DNA from: Euryarchaeota archaeon RBG_13_57_23
GTDB taxonomy: Archaea; Thermoplasmatota; Thermoplasmata; UBA10834
NCBI GenBank assembly: GCA_001800675.1
Contig: MGVW01000005.1
Location: 7,493-71,492, forward strand
Direction: 5' to 3'
Length of the DNA: 64,000 nt
The stretch's first letter is position 1; each line of letters starts with the position of its first letter. The notes below the pieces were generated by a model. It did no database searches and had not been told where the DNA came from. It was given only the letters and a program-made list of their open reading frames with translations. Below, one piece after another: positions 1-9,644 of this stretch. The translations under genes were made by a program, and so were the position numbers.

Positions 1-141
1 TGTCTCACCCGTCTTCATGAACTGAATCACATGAACCCTCAGTCCGTGACCCAACGCCCTCATCGCGAGGCCGAAGGCGGCAGTTGTTTTCCCTTTGCCT
101 GGGCCGGTTATGAGGTGCACTTTGCCGAGCTCGTCCCGCAT
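1..141 (-). CDS. cobO: Cob(I)yrinic acid a,c-diamide adenosyltransferase (CobO/BtuR), N-terminal part; runs off the left window edge
   Basis: Not in the ORF track. Hand translation from ATG at 141 gives [47 protein letters not shown], the typical CobO P-loop plus V-QF-K motif. Confidence 0.9.
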   Translation of the reverse strand, partial: MRDELGKVHLITGPGKGKTTAAFGLAMRALGHGLRVHVIQFMKTGET

Positions 142-183
142 TCCTACCGGGCACCGGATGGGCATGCTACTAGAAAAACGGCT

Positions 184-702
184 CTAGCCCGACCCGCCCT
201 GGCTCGGGACTCGCCTGTTCTCGCTGGGGAGCGAGAACTCCCTCTCGAGCAGGCCGAGCTGTGTGGTCTCGAACGTCCTAGGGTCGATGGGGACGATCAA
301 GAAGGAGCCCGACATCGCCACCTCTTCGTTGGTCAACTGGATCGCCTTCATGACCGCGCCGAACCCGTTCTCTGTCACGAGGTATTCCAACCCGTCGAGC
401 AGAACCACAGCACCTGCGTTCGTCTTGATGAAATCCGATATGGTCCCATGGATCTTCATCAGCCTGGTGGGCTCAAGGCTTATGATGCCGCCCGTCGGCT
501 TCGACGCCTTCGCGATCCACATGATCGGGCAATCCACACCGTGCAACTGCTGGACTCGATTTGGGTGGCTACGGGTTATCACAAGACCCCTGTGACCCTC
601 GGCGAGGAGCCTCTTGAAGGCCGCATAGGCTCGTACGACCCCCTTGTCGGTGTAGAGGTACGAGCTTCCGCCCTTCAGGATTGGCTCCTCCGCGTCGTTC
701 AT
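184..702 (-). CDS. DUF835-family inactive RecA/KaiC-like domain protein
   Basis: GLVITRSHP, VVLLDGLEYLVTENGF and LLERE motifs; no Walker A; directly downstream of a KaiC-like ATPase. Confidence 0.8.
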   Translation of the reverse strand: MNDAEEPILKGGSSYLYTDKGVVRAYAAFKRLLAEGHRGLVITRSHPNRVQQLHGVDCPIMWIAKASKPTGGIISLEPTRLMKIHGTISDFIKTNAGAVVLLDGLEYLVTENGFGAVMKAIQLTNEEVAMSGSFLIVPIDPRTFETTQLGLLEREFSLPSENRRVPSQGGSG

Positions 703-711
703 AGCTCCTGT

Positions 712-1386
712 CTACCTCAGGCCAGCTTGGACTGCCAGGCCCTCGTCGGTTATGTCGATCAATTGTCTTCCAGTAGTGTGTTTCGTCCCTCTCATCTTGA
801 GGACCTCGAGGAACTTCCGCCTCACCTTCTCCTCCTCGGGGTATGAGAGCATTATCACACCATCGACCATGTAGGATTCCTGGCTGTGCGAGATATCGTC
901 GTACGACATTTCGGCCGTGACGATGGTCACGCAATTGAACGCCTTCAGGTATGCGAAGAGCTCGTGCATGAACTCCCTGGTCTCGCCCCTCCACTGCAAC
1001 ATGTCCGTCATGGGCGTGATCGGGTCGATCACTATCCTCTGGGGCTGGTACTGCTCGATCTTCTTCTTGATTATGTTCAGCATCTCGCTCGGGTTCTTGA
1101 GAAGAGTGGGGCCGATGTCGATGAAGCTCACCAAGCCCTTCTCGACCTGCTCCTGGTTGTAGAACGAGAAGGATGACAGGAATTTCTGGACGAGCCACTG
1201 TGGCTCGGATATGGCGGTGATGTAAAGGCCCTTCTCATTCCCCTTGGCCCCGTGGAACAGGCTCTGGACCGCGAAAGTCGTCTTGCCGGTACCAGGCTCT
1301 CCGGCGACGAGGATGGCTGCTGGGAACGGAAACCCACCTTGGAGCATGCCGTCGAGACCAGGGATGCCGGTCGTCTTGCGGGTCAT
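712..1386 (-). CDS. KaiC/RAD55-family single-domain ATPase
   Basis: TGIPGLDGMLQGG start, Walker A GEPGTGKT, Walker B IVIDP, VLKMRGT motif. Start moved to ATG 1386 (MTRKTT), just past the V4R stop. Confidence 0.9.
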   Translation of the reverse strand: MTRKTTGIPGLDGMLQGGFPFPAAILVAGEPGTGKTTFAVQSLFHGAKGNEKGLYITAISEPQWLVQKFLSSFSFYNQEQVEKGLVSFIDIGPTLLKNPSEMLNIIKKKIEQYQPQRIVIDPITPMTDMLQWRGETREFMHELFAYLKAFNCVTIVTAEMSYDDISHSQESYMVDGVIMLSYPEEEKVRRKFLEVLKMRGTKHTTGRQLIDITDEGLAVQAGLR

Positions 1387-1387
1387 T

Positions 1388-1795
1388 TCAGAGCACCTCG
1401 GTATCGATGACGAACACGCATCGGTCATCTCCCTTCGACACGCACTTCCGCTCGTGGCAGTAGACATCCTTCCCTGTGCGCTCCTCGAATACCTTGGCCA
1501 GTATGCCTCTCAACATATGGCATGTGGGGGAATCGGCGCTCGATGCCTCGACGGAGCCCACGACGGCGATCGTGTCGCCCTCGAACGATATGTCCGTGAC
1601 CCATCCTTCTTTGATGAGCACTTCTCGGACCCTGTTGAGCTCCGTGCCTGCAGACCTAAGGAGACTGTCACCGATTATGCGCCCACTCCTGTAGAACATG
1701 CCATGGGACGCAAAGGTCATGACGGTCTCAAACAAACGCTTGATCTCCAAGAGCTCTTCCCTGCGAAGCCTGATGCTGCGCTCTGGTTGCTCCAT
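1388..1795 (-). CDS. V4R (4-vinyl reductase) domain protein
   Basis: PTCHMLRGIL...CHERKCVSKGDDRCVF matches the Cys/Glu signature of V4R domains. Confidence 0.85.
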   Translation of the reverse strand: MEQPERSIRLRREELLEIKRLFETVMTFASHGMFYRSGRIIGDSLLRSAGTELNRVREVLIKEGWVTDISFEGDTIAVVGSVEASSADSPTCHMLRGILAKVFEERTGKDVYCHERKCVSKGDDRCVFVIDTEVL

Positions 1796-1921
1796 AATAC
1801 CACCTGGTCGGGGTTGTCATCTATCTGTAAGTCGGGACTTATATCTTTTGGTTTGGGACTCTCCCCATGATATTGGCTGGCTTGGGCAGGTTAATCTACT
1901 TCCAGACTCTTTGGAGTCGTC

Positions 1922-2467
1922 GTGTTAGAGGTAGAGGTCAAGTATCGTTCCCCTGGGAACGACATTGTTGAGAAGACCTTGGCACGACTGGGGGCGAAGA
2001 AGATCTCCGACGGGGCCATGGAAGACCTCTATTTTGCGCATCCGATCAAGGATTTCGGCAAGAGCGACGAAGCCCTCCGGCTCAGGAAGACGGCGGACGG
2101 GGCAGAACTGACCTACAAAGGTGCGCGGATGGCGTTGGAGCACACCAAAGCAAGAGAGGAGGTCACGCTGAAGACGGACAACCCCCTTGCGATCCAACGG
2201 ATCTTAGAGAGGCTCGGTTTCAAAGAAGTCTATGTCGTTCGGAAGTCGCGCAGAACCTATCAGCTCGACAAGCTCAGGGTCGAAATCGACGATGTTGAGG
2301 GCTTGGGCGAGTTCGTCGAGCTCGAGATCATGACGGAGTCTCCCGAAAGGAGTGCAACGCTGATGGAGACTGCGAGGAAGGAGCTGGTCCTTGAGAAGAT
2401 CGAGCCCAAGACCTACCTGGAACTCCTGATCGAGAAAGGTCTATCCAAGGAAACAGATAAGAAATGA
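1922..2467 (+). CDS. cyaB: CYTH-domain protein (class IV adenylate cyclase-like, CyaB)
   Basis: N-terminal EVEVK, DLYF, ALRLR, LTYKG, GLGEFVELE; GTG start. Confidence 0.85.
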   Translation: MLEVEVKYRSPGNDIVEKTLARLGAKKISDGAMEDLYFAHPIKDFGKSDEALRLRKTADGAELTYKGARMALEHTKAREEVTLKTDNPLAIQRILERLGFKEVYVVRKSRRTYQLDKLRVEIDDVEGLGEFVELEIMTESPERSATLMETARKELVLEKIEPKTYLELLIEKGLSKETDKK

Positions 2468-2473
2468 CTTCGA

Positions 2474-2493
2474 GGCGAGGCTTCCACCTCGCC
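2474..2493. terminator. Hairpin between convergent genes
   Basis: GGCGAGG-cttcca-CCTCGCC, a 7-bp perfect stem just after the cyaB stop. Confidence 0.45.
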
Positions 2494-2538
2494 CGTGGTT
2501 TCGGATACTGTCGCAATCCGCGCCCCATCGGGACGAAA

Positions 2539-2787
2539 TCAGAGTTTGTTTATTTTCTCCGTAACGAACGCCTTAATTACCGGGTCGTCGGGGATCGTTA
2601 TTGACTTCTTGTACTTCTCGCTTCCATCTGGAAGGAAGTAACCCCTGGACACCGAGATGAACTCGCTGACTCCTTCGTCGGTTATTGCCTTCTTTCGCGC
2701 CACCTCTAGGAAGTTGTTCTTCCCAAATGGGATCTTCTCAGCGCTCAGCGTCTCGAACTGTACCTTTGTTTCCTTCTCATCATCCAT
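2539..2787 (-). CDS. Small conserved-looking hypothetical protein, possibly PC4/PUR-like nucleic-acid binding
   Basis: 82 aa with a four-strand plus C-terminal helix pattern (NFLEVARK, EFISVSRG, KKSITIP). GGAGG SD and an AT-rich TATA-like box lie upstream. Confidence 0.7.
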   Translation of the reverse strand: MDDEKETKVQFETLSAEKIPFGKNNFLEVARKKAITDEGVSEFISVSRGYFLPDGSEKYKKSITIPDDPVIKAFVTEKINKL

Positions 2788-2987
2788 TAGGTTGCCTCCA
2801 TGCGAAGTAGGCGGCCCTCGAATATTGTCTCTTAATATAAACGTTCGTTACTGATTCGAGCGCCGGAACGACGAAATGCCTCATCTGGACGTGGGTGCAA
2901 GTCGCGAATTCAATGTCTGCAGAAACGATCCGACGAGAGACGTTTCCCACAGGAATGAGATAATGTAATATAGAGACGAGAATCTAC

Positions 2988-4358
2988 TTGCGACCAGTGT
3001 CGGAATCTACTGTGCCCCAGCAAGTACCACCCTCTCAGGAGTTCTGCAGATTCTGCGGGGCTCAGATACCCCCGTCTGGCAACTACTGCTCCAGATGCGG
3101 GGCGATGAGCGGGCAAGCGATGCAATTGGGCATGCCGCCTGTCGGGAATCGACAGACATTCAGCTACATTAGACCCGTGAAGAAGGCCGATTTCCGGCTC
3201 GTCATCAAGACCATCTCCGCATTCATCATGCTCACATTCGTCGCGCAGCTCGCGCTGTCCCTCGGGACTCTGTTCTATGGGGTCAATCTGGTCGTTCCTG
3301 ACATCCTGGACACCTGGTCAGGGTTCACCTTATTCATTGTCGTGCCAGTGCTAGTAGAGCTCTTCACAATCTCTGGATACGTTCTGCTGGCATACTACAT
3401 GTTCTTGGTGTTCGCCATTTTCCTGAGCTGCGTCTGGATTCTGTTGACCAGCCTCCGACGATTCAAGGACGAACTCACAATGAAGGCAAAATCCCGCGAA
3501 CACAGCGCACTCTTTGATACGATAGGGCTTCTGTTCGCAACGGTGTTCTTCTCAGCAGTGATCGGCCTCATCGTGAATCCATCCCCTGAGGATATGCCGA
3601 GCACGGACTCGGTCTCGGAAATGCTTTTCCTGCTGGCCAACGCATCAGTCTGGGAAGAGATCATAGTGAGAGTCCTGTTCATCGGGCTGCCTCTGGTGTT
3701 CGTGGATCTCGTTAGGAGAACTCGCCAGAAACACTGGTACTCTTACGCAATCGGCGGCGGGATGTCCTTCGGAATTCCCGAGACGATCCTCATCGTGCTC
3801 TCAGCCTTGATCTTCGGGGTTGGCCATTTCACGGGTGGATGGGGTGCCTGGAAGATTCTGCCAGCCACGGTTGGAGGAATAGCGTTCGGCTACCTCTTCG
3901 TGAAGTTTGGAATTGCCGCTTCCATCATGATGCATTTCGGAACAGACTACCTGTCGATGCCCTCCGAGGTCACGGGGTCAACAGCGCTCCTTGTCTTGAC
4001 CGGGCTCGGAATCCTGATTTGGCTCGGAGTCGGCGCCGGGTTCTTCGTATACTACACCACAAGAATATTGGAGTTCCTGACCGGAAAGAGGTACTTCGGG
4101 CCAAGGCCGGAGCCTTATCCTCAGCCATGGGGGTATCCGCCCCTCTATATGCCAGTCCAATCGCAGTACCCTCCGCCACAGATTCATCCCATGATACCAC
4201 AACCGATTCCGGCCACCATGGAATACCACCCAATGCCCTACAATCAGCCGGTGCAGTCGTGGTTCACGGACGGATATGTGTGCCCCGCATGTGGACATAC
4301 GCAGGCGCGCTGGGTCAACGGAAGATTCCAGTGCATGAGATGCGGGAGACTATCATAG
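2988..4358 (+). CDS. CPBP (Abi/CAAX type II) intramembrane metalloprotease with N- and C-terminal zinc ribbons
   Basis: WEEIIVR, FGVGH and HFGTD motifs; multiple TM helices; CxxC-x10-CxxC at the N-terminus and CPACG...CMRCG at the C-terminus. Start uncertain (TTG 2988 or GTG 2997). Confidence 0.85.
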   Translation: MRPVSESTVPQQVPPSQEFCRFCGAQIPPSGNYCSRCGAMSGQAMQLGMPPVGNRQTFSYIRPVKKADFRLVIKTISAFIMLTFVAQLALSLGTLFYGVNLVVPDILDTWSGFTLFIVVPVLVELFTISGYVLLAYYMFLVFAIFLSCVWILLTSLRRFKDELTMKAKSREHSALFDTIGLLFATVFFSAVIGLIVNPSPEDMPSTDSVSEMLFLLANASVWEEIIVRVLFIGLPLVFVDLVRRTRQKHWYSYAIGGGMSFGIPETILIVLSALIFGVGHFTGGWGAWKILPATVGGIAFGYLFVKFGIAASIMMHFGTDYLSMPSEVTGSTALLVLTGLGILIWLGVGAGFFVYYTTRILEFLTGKRYFGPRPEPYPQPWGYPPLYMPVQSQYPPPQIHPMIPQPIPATMEYHPMPYNQPVQSWFTDGYVCPACGHTQARWVNGRFQCMRCGRLS

Positions 4359-5108
4359 AAGACGCTCAAGGATCCTCTTGCTCTCGGCTCCGCTCTCCAG
4401 ATCCGTCGCCTCGATTATGATATTGCCCTTGTAGGATCGCTTGAGCACAGAGACGACTTTGTCGAGATCCGCAGAGCCCTCGTCTATCCTGTTGTGCTGG
4501 TCCCACCGGCCTTCGTTATTGTGCAAATGGACGTTAGTGAACCTATCTGCCAGCTTCAGCATGTCCTCCAGCTGTCCCGTCGTGTTCGCGTGCCCCATGT
4601 CGAAGCATATCCCCAAGCCGGAACCCTCGACGACCCCGAGCAGTTCGCTAGCGTGCGTGCATGTGGCGTTGATGTTCGCTGGCATGTTCTCGACCGCTAC
4701 GGCGACGCCAAGGTCCTCCGCCGTCCGGGAAATATCCATGATCGAATCTCTGGTCTTGACGACCGCCCTATTCTTGTCGAGGAAGGCTATTCCCTGGACG
4801 AACCCTGGATGAATGGTGACCAAGGAGATCTCGAGCTGCCTGCAGAGGACAAGAGTCTGTTTTATCTCGTTTACCGCTGCGATCCTCATCGGCTCGTGAA
4901 CGCTACCAACGTTCACATCACTCAAAGGCGCATGCACTTGAAAATGTAAATTGAACGATTCGCGCGCGTGCTTGATGTCGCCCTTAATCAGTTCGAGCCG
5001 ATCCTCGCCTTCGGAAAGCAGCTCCCACAAATCGAAGTGTTTGGATATCTCCTCGAGCATGCCCAAGAAAGGAGTCTGGCAGAAAGTTGGAGAGCCAATG
5101 CCGATCAT
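4353..5108 (-). CDS. Sugar phosphate isomerase/epimerase (AP endonuclease family 2 TIM barrel)
   Basis: HAP, TIHPG, VENMP, FDMGHA, VHLHNN...DQH and IIIE metal-binding motifs. Confidence 0.85.
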   Translation of the reverse strand: MIGIGSPTFCQTPFLGMLEEISKHFDLWELLSEGEDRLELIKGDIKHARESFNLHFQVHAPLSDVNVGSVHEPMRIAAVNEIKQTLVLCRQLEISLVTIHPGFVQGIAFLDKNRAVVKTRDSIMDISRTAEDLGVAVAVENMPANINATCTHASELLGVVEGSGLGICFDMGHANTTGQLEDMLKLADRFTNVHLHNNEGRWDQHNRIDEGSADLDKVVSVLKRSYKGNIIIEATDLESGAESKRILERLL

Positions 5109-5485
5109 GATGCATCCATCCTGCGGGTATCCGGCGCTACTGATTCGATGAGCGCGTCAATATCGTCCGATTCAAAGGTGACCTCGAGATCTCCAAGCGC
5201 GTGGCCTTCCTGGGAGAACGATACCTTGCCAACAGTCGCGACTTGTTTGTTGAGCCTGAAGATCGTGGCACCGTTGATGATACCTCGCCTGAGCACCGCG
5301 CGCGCAGCATCTCTGATTCGCTGTCTCTTGAGCAGCTCGGAGAACACCTCGATCGAAGAGGCGGTCGCGTGAATGGGATCGTCCCCCTCGACGATCGAAT
5401 CCGGGAAGATGCTCTTGATAGCATTCTCGACCTTGTCCCTGTTCTCAGTCGGATAACACCTTGCACTGAGCCGGACAATCAACAT
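5105..5485 (-). CDS. UPF0201/DUF54 putative RNA-binding protein
   Basis: YPTE...KV..AI..IFP, QRIRDAAR and LNKQ.A..GKVSF motifs. Confidence 0.85.
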   Translation of the reverse strand: MLIVRLSARCYPTENRDKVENAIKSIFPDSIVEGDDPIHATASSIEVFSELLKRQRIRDAARAVLRRGIINGATIFRLNKQVATVGKVSFSQEGHALGDLEVTFESDDIDALIESVAPDTRRMDAS

Positions 5486-5769
5486 GAGCCAGCCATGTTA
5501 GAAAAGATATTTAACTGTGCGTTTTCGCGTCGTTAAACCCATGCCAGCGGAGCGTTCGAACGAATCTCTCGCCCGTCCCCACAAACTCTTTGACATTTCT
5601 TCATGTGACAATCCCGGGAGGAACCTCACCATCAACAGTCCAGTAATTCGAGATAGCACGTCGAACAGCCGCTTGTCCTTTTGCTTGCCTTGTTCAACAT
5701 ACAAAGGCCCATATGGACGAATTGACATTGCGACCAAGGAGGAAGTGGTCCTGAGACAGAGGTGATATC

Positions 5770-6636
5770 ATGGCGGAGCTCTGGCTGTTGCTTGCGCTAG
5801 GGACGATGCTTATGTATGGCATCGGCCAGGTATTCCAGAAGATAGGGACGACTGGGAGCAATCCAACTACGATGATCCTGCTCACCGCTCTGGTCATGGG
5901 ACCGATATGGGGCGCATGGTACGTCATATTCAGAGATGATGTGAATCTGACAGTCTATTCCATCGTCGTACCCGTCGTCGGCGGCGTTCTGGGCATGGCG
6001 GGAAACATCTTCTTCTTTGAGGCTTTGGCGAGGGGCAACGTGAGCATCATCGGAACACTGGTTGCCGCCTATCCCTGCGTGACGGTGATAACCGCTTTCT
6101 TCCTCCTCGACGAGCGACTGACTGCGGTGCAGTACGCCGGCGTCGGACTGATAATTCTGGGGATTGTGGGCTTGTCGACGAGCCGGTCTGATTCTGTGCC
6201 ATCGGCATCGAAGCTCGGACTGATGCTCGCCATTGCCAGCTTTCTGGCCTTCGGTCTTGCCGGCGTCACTCTGAAGGAAGCCGTGAGAGTCGTCGGAAAC
6301 GATAACGCGATGGGGTTCTACGCGCTATTATACTCCGTTATCGGCGTCTCATATTGGGTCAGCAAGCGCAGAAGCCATCCTGAGCAATCGCTTACTGAGA
6401 TACCGAGGAAGGTTGTCGGAATCGGCGCCATTGGCCTTGCGTTCAGCGCGATTGGCGGTATTATGCTGATATGGGCGATGGTAGATGGCCCTGCGTCTGT
6501 CGTGATTGCCCTCTCAGGAGCCTATCCTGTGATCATGATCCTCCTAGCGCTCATGTTACTGAAAGAAAGAATCGCACTGCGGCAAGTCCCTGGGCTGCTT
6601 GCTGTCCTCGGGGGGTTGCCCCTTGTGTCACTCTAA
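5770..6636 (+). CDS. EamA/DMT-family transporter
   Basis: About 10 TM helices in two repeats, each ending AYP.....A...L.ER; GAGGTGA SD. Confidence 0.9.
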   Translation: MAELWLLLALGTMLMYGIGQVFQKIGTTGSNPTTMILLTALVMGPIWGAWYVIFRDDVNLTVYSIVVPVVGGVLGMAGNIFFFEALARGNVSIIGTLVAAYPCVTVITAFFLLDERLTAVQYAGVGLIILGIVGLSTSRSDSVPSASKLGLMLAIASFLAFGLAGVTLKEAVRVVGNDNAMGFYALLYSVIGVSYWVSKRRSHPEQSLTEIPRKVVGIGAIGLAFSAIGGIMLIWAMVDGPASVVIALSGAYPVIMILLALMLLKERIALRQVPGLLAVLGGLPLVSL

Positions 6637-6744
6637 GCCCTATAAGGACAGGACCCCGGCCGATTCTTAGTGCTTGTCCGCCGAATAACACGTGATTCCA
6701 CCTAATGAAAGATATTTAAAGACGTCCGCGCTAGGTTTGGCGAA

Positions 6745-8202
6745 ATGAAGAAGCGCATTTTGAAGGTCTTCCAGGATAAAGGGATCCTCGTCGACCCAGA
6801 CGCCATCGACGAGCTAACGGGTGCAAAGGACGCGATGAAGTGCGTGGATGCGATTCTCAGCGACCCCGAAAGGCCACTTGTTGTTACCAAGGCCGATGTC
6901 CAACACTATCTCACTTGCCAGCCAGTCAAGACGAGGGCCAAACCTCGGCCAAAAGTAGCTCCTGAGCCAAAGACTGCTTTGCCGACCTCAGAGGAGAAGC
7001 CCGCAGAGATCAGAATACTCAAGGACATCACCGGAGATTCGACCTGTGTCGGGAATGTCATCGATTTCGCGAAGCTGTTCAACGACCGGTTCCAGACCCT
7101 GAAGAAGATACTCGCCCGACGAAGAGAACTTGCAGGAATGATGTCAATAGACAGGGCGAGGAAGATACGGAAAGATGTTCGCTTCGTTGGCATAGTGAAC
7201 GACTCGCGGACGACCAAGAACGGCCACACGATGCTCGATGTCGAAGACGAGGACGACAGGATTCAGGTACTCATCATGAAGGGGTCCAAGAAAGGAATGG
7301 ATGCCTTCATCAAGGACGAGGTCCTTGGAATTGTGGGCTCCTTCAGCAAGGACGGGGAGCTGGTGGTGGCGAAGGAAGTCATCCGGCCAGAAGTGCCGAT
7401 GAACAACGCGATGGCACCGAACGGGTCGAATGCGATCGTCGCCTTCGTCTCCGACGTGCACGTGGGAAGCTCTGAGTTCCTACCTGATGCCTGGAATCGA
7501 TTCGTGACTTGGCTGAACAAAGATACGCTTGCGAAGGGCATCGCGTATATCGTCATGCCGGGGGACCTAGTGGACGGCATCGGAATCTACCCCGGGCAGG
7601 AAGACGAGCTGTCGATCGAGGATGTGTACGAGCAGTATCAGGAGTTCGCCAGGCTCGTGACCGCCATCCCGCAGAGGATCAAGATCGTCATGATGCCGGG
7701 CAACCACGATGCGGTTAGACTCGCGGAGCCCCAACCCGCCCTGCCCAAGGAGGTGAGCTCGATGTTCGACACACGAGTGACTTTCGTGGGCAACCCGTGC
7801 TACATGGAGATTGAGGGCAGGACGATCCTCGCGTACCACGGCAGGAGCATGGATGACTTCGCGGGCAACATCCCCAACATGTCCCAGATGCGACCTGGAG
7901 AGATCATGAGGGAGATGCTCCGGAGAAGACATTTGGCGCCAATATACGGCGACAGAACGGCCCTCGCGCCTGAGCAGAAAGACTATCTGGTGATAGACCG
8001 CGTACCTGACATCTTCGTCACGGGGCATGTCCACCGGTGCACAGTCGGGGAGTACCGTGGGGTGAAGATAATCAACGCATCCGCATGGCAGGGACAGACT
8101 GAGTATCAGCGGATGAGAAACCAGGTTCCGGAGCCGGCTAGGGTACCTATGGTCGACCTTGGCACTGGAGACACGTGGGTCGAGGACTTCTCGTCTTCGT
8201 AG
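6745..8202 (+). CDS. polB: DNA polymerase D small (exonuclease) subunit DP1
   Basis: OB-fold followed by calcineurin-like motifs SDVHVGS, GDLVDG, GNHD, YHGRS and GHVH. Confidence 0.95.
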   Translation: MKKRILKVFQDKGILVDPDAIDELTGAKDAMKCVDAILSDPERPLVVTKADVQHYLTCQPVKTRAKPRPKVAPEPKTALPTSEEKPAEIRILKDITGDSTCVGNVIDFAKLFNDRFQTLKKILARRRELAGMMSIDRARKIRKDVRFVGIVNDSRTTKNGHTMLDVEDEDDRIQVLIMKGSKKGMDAFIKDEVLGIVGSFSKDGELVVAKEVIRPEVPMNNAMAPNGSNAIVAFVSDVHVGSSEFLPDAWNRFVTWLNKDTLAKGIAYIVMPGDLVDGIGIYPGQEDELSIEDVYEQYQEFARLVTAIPQRIKIVMMPGNHDAVRLAEPQPALPKEVSSMFDTRVTFVGNPCYMEIEGRTILAYHGRSMDDFAGNIPNMSQMRPGEIMREMLRRRHLAPIYGDRTALAPEQKDYLVIDRVPDIFVTGHVHRCTVGEYRGVKIINASAWQGQTEYQRMRNQVPEPARVPMVDLGTGDTWVEDFSSS

Positions 8203-8237
8203 ATTCCCGTGAGAGATTTGATATCCGACGACGGGAA

Positions 8238-9644
8238 TTGACCGCCGTGAAAGACCTGGACATTTTCTTCAGACCGAAGTCCGTCGCCGTGATAGGTGCT
8301 ACCCCTAGCTCGGGGAAGATAGGGAACATCATAATCGAGAACCTCCTCGGAGAAGGCTACAAAGGGAAGATATACTTCGTGAACCCGAACTACAAGGAGA
8401 TCCTTGGGATACCTTGCTACTCATCTGTCATCGACTGTCCAGGGCCCGTTGACATGGCGGTGATCGTCGTTCCAGCGCTGCTCGTGCCCGATGTGATGGA
8501 GCAGGTCGGCAAAAAGGGCACCAAGGCGGCAACTGTCATCTCAGCAGGATTCTCGGAAGGCGGCGAGGAAGGGAAGGAGCGGGAGAAAGCCTTGTCCGAG
8601 ATTGCGGACAGGTACGGCATTCGATTCGTGGGACCGAACTCGCTCGGGGTGATCTCGCCACACTACAATCTGAACGCCTCATTCGCGCGCGCATCTCCAA
8701 TGGCGGGACCAATCGCATTCTTCTCTCAGAGCGGCGCGTTCTGCACCGCCGCGATTGAGTATTCCCTTGGAGAGATGTTTGGGTTCTCCGCATTCGTGAG
8801 CTCAGGCAACAAGGCCAATATCGATGACGCCGACCTCGTGACTTACTTCGCCAAGGATGCCAAGTCCAAGTGCATCGCAGCATACATGGAATCCACACGA
8901 CGGGGGAAGGATCTGTTCAAGGCACTGGACAAAGCCTCCAAGAAGAAGCCGATTGTGATTCTGAAAGCAGGCCGGTCAAAACGGGGAGCTAAGGCTGCGA
9001 GCTCTCACACGGGGGCGCTTGCTGGGTCGGATGCCTCCTTCGACGCCGTCTTCAAGCAGACGGGGGTCTACAGGGCGAAGACGATGTTCGAGCTGTTCGA
9101 CGCTGCCCAGGCCCTTGCACATCAGCCGCCTATGGTCGAGGACGGCATCGCGATAGTCACGAACGCAGGAGGCATGGGAGTGATCGCGACTGATTGCGCT
9201 GAGGATCTCGGGTTGGAGCTGTCAGAGCTGTCCAAGACCACTCTGGATGAGATTGGCAAGGTCTGTCCTCCTACCTGGAGCTGGGGCAACCCGGTCGACA
9301 TCATAGGAGATGCGGACACCGCGAGGTACGCGAATGTTCTGAAGGCGGTCGGGCAGGCGCCCGAGGTAAAAGGAATAATGGTCATAGCGGCGCGACAAGC
9401 AGCAACCAACCTCTACGAGATCGCCAAGTGGATAGCCATCACGGCGAAACTGAGTGGAAAGCCGACGGTCGCGTGCTTCGCCGGCATTGAGAATCCTGAG
9501 TCTGAGAACTTCCTGGACTCGAGAGGCATCCCCGTCATGCCAGTTCCCGAGAGGGCGGTTACTGCACTCCATGCGCTTCGGGTCAGAGGAAAGTACCTGT
9601 CCACGAAAGGGTTGCTCGACACTCCTCAACCGAACAGGTCCTGA
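8238..9644 (+). CDS. Acetate/acyl-CoA ligase (ADP-forming) alpha subunit
   Basis: PKSVAVIGA, GPNSLG, SQSGA, phospho-His motif AASSHTGALAG, TNAGG, NPVD. Start TTG 8238 or GTG 8247. Confidence 0.9.
   Translation: MTAVKDLDIFFRPKSVAVIGATPSSGKIGNIIIENLLGEGYKGKIYFVNPNYKEILGIPCYSSVIDCPGPVDMAVIVVPALLVPDVMEQVGKKGTKAATVISAGFSEGGEEGKEREKALSEIADRYGIRFVGPNSLGVISPHYNLNASFARASPMAGPIAFFSQSGAFCTAAIEYSLGEMFGFSAFVSSGNKANIDDADLVTYFAKDAKSKCIAAYMESTRRGKDLFKALDKASKKKPIVILKAGRSKRGAKAASSHTGALAGSDASFDAVFKQTGVYRAKTMFELFDAAQALAHQPPMVEDGIAIVTNAGGMGVIATDCAEDLGLELSELSKTTLDEIGKVCPPTWSWGNPVDIIGDADTARYANVLKAVGQAPEVKGIMVIAARQAATNLYEIAKWIAITAKLSGKPTVACFAGIENPESENFLDSRGIPVMPVPERAVTALHALRVRGKYLSTKGLLDTPQPNRS

Noticed and set aside
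31-846. 271-aa plus-strand ORF
   Set aside because: Antisense shadow of cobO, DUF835 and KaiC; no recognisable motifs.
5486-5769. Possible riboswitch or small ORF upstream of the EamA transporter
   Set aside because: I could not recognise any aptamer consensus or convincing stem set by eye, and the short ORFs lack SD or motifs. An Infernal/Rfam scan would settle it.
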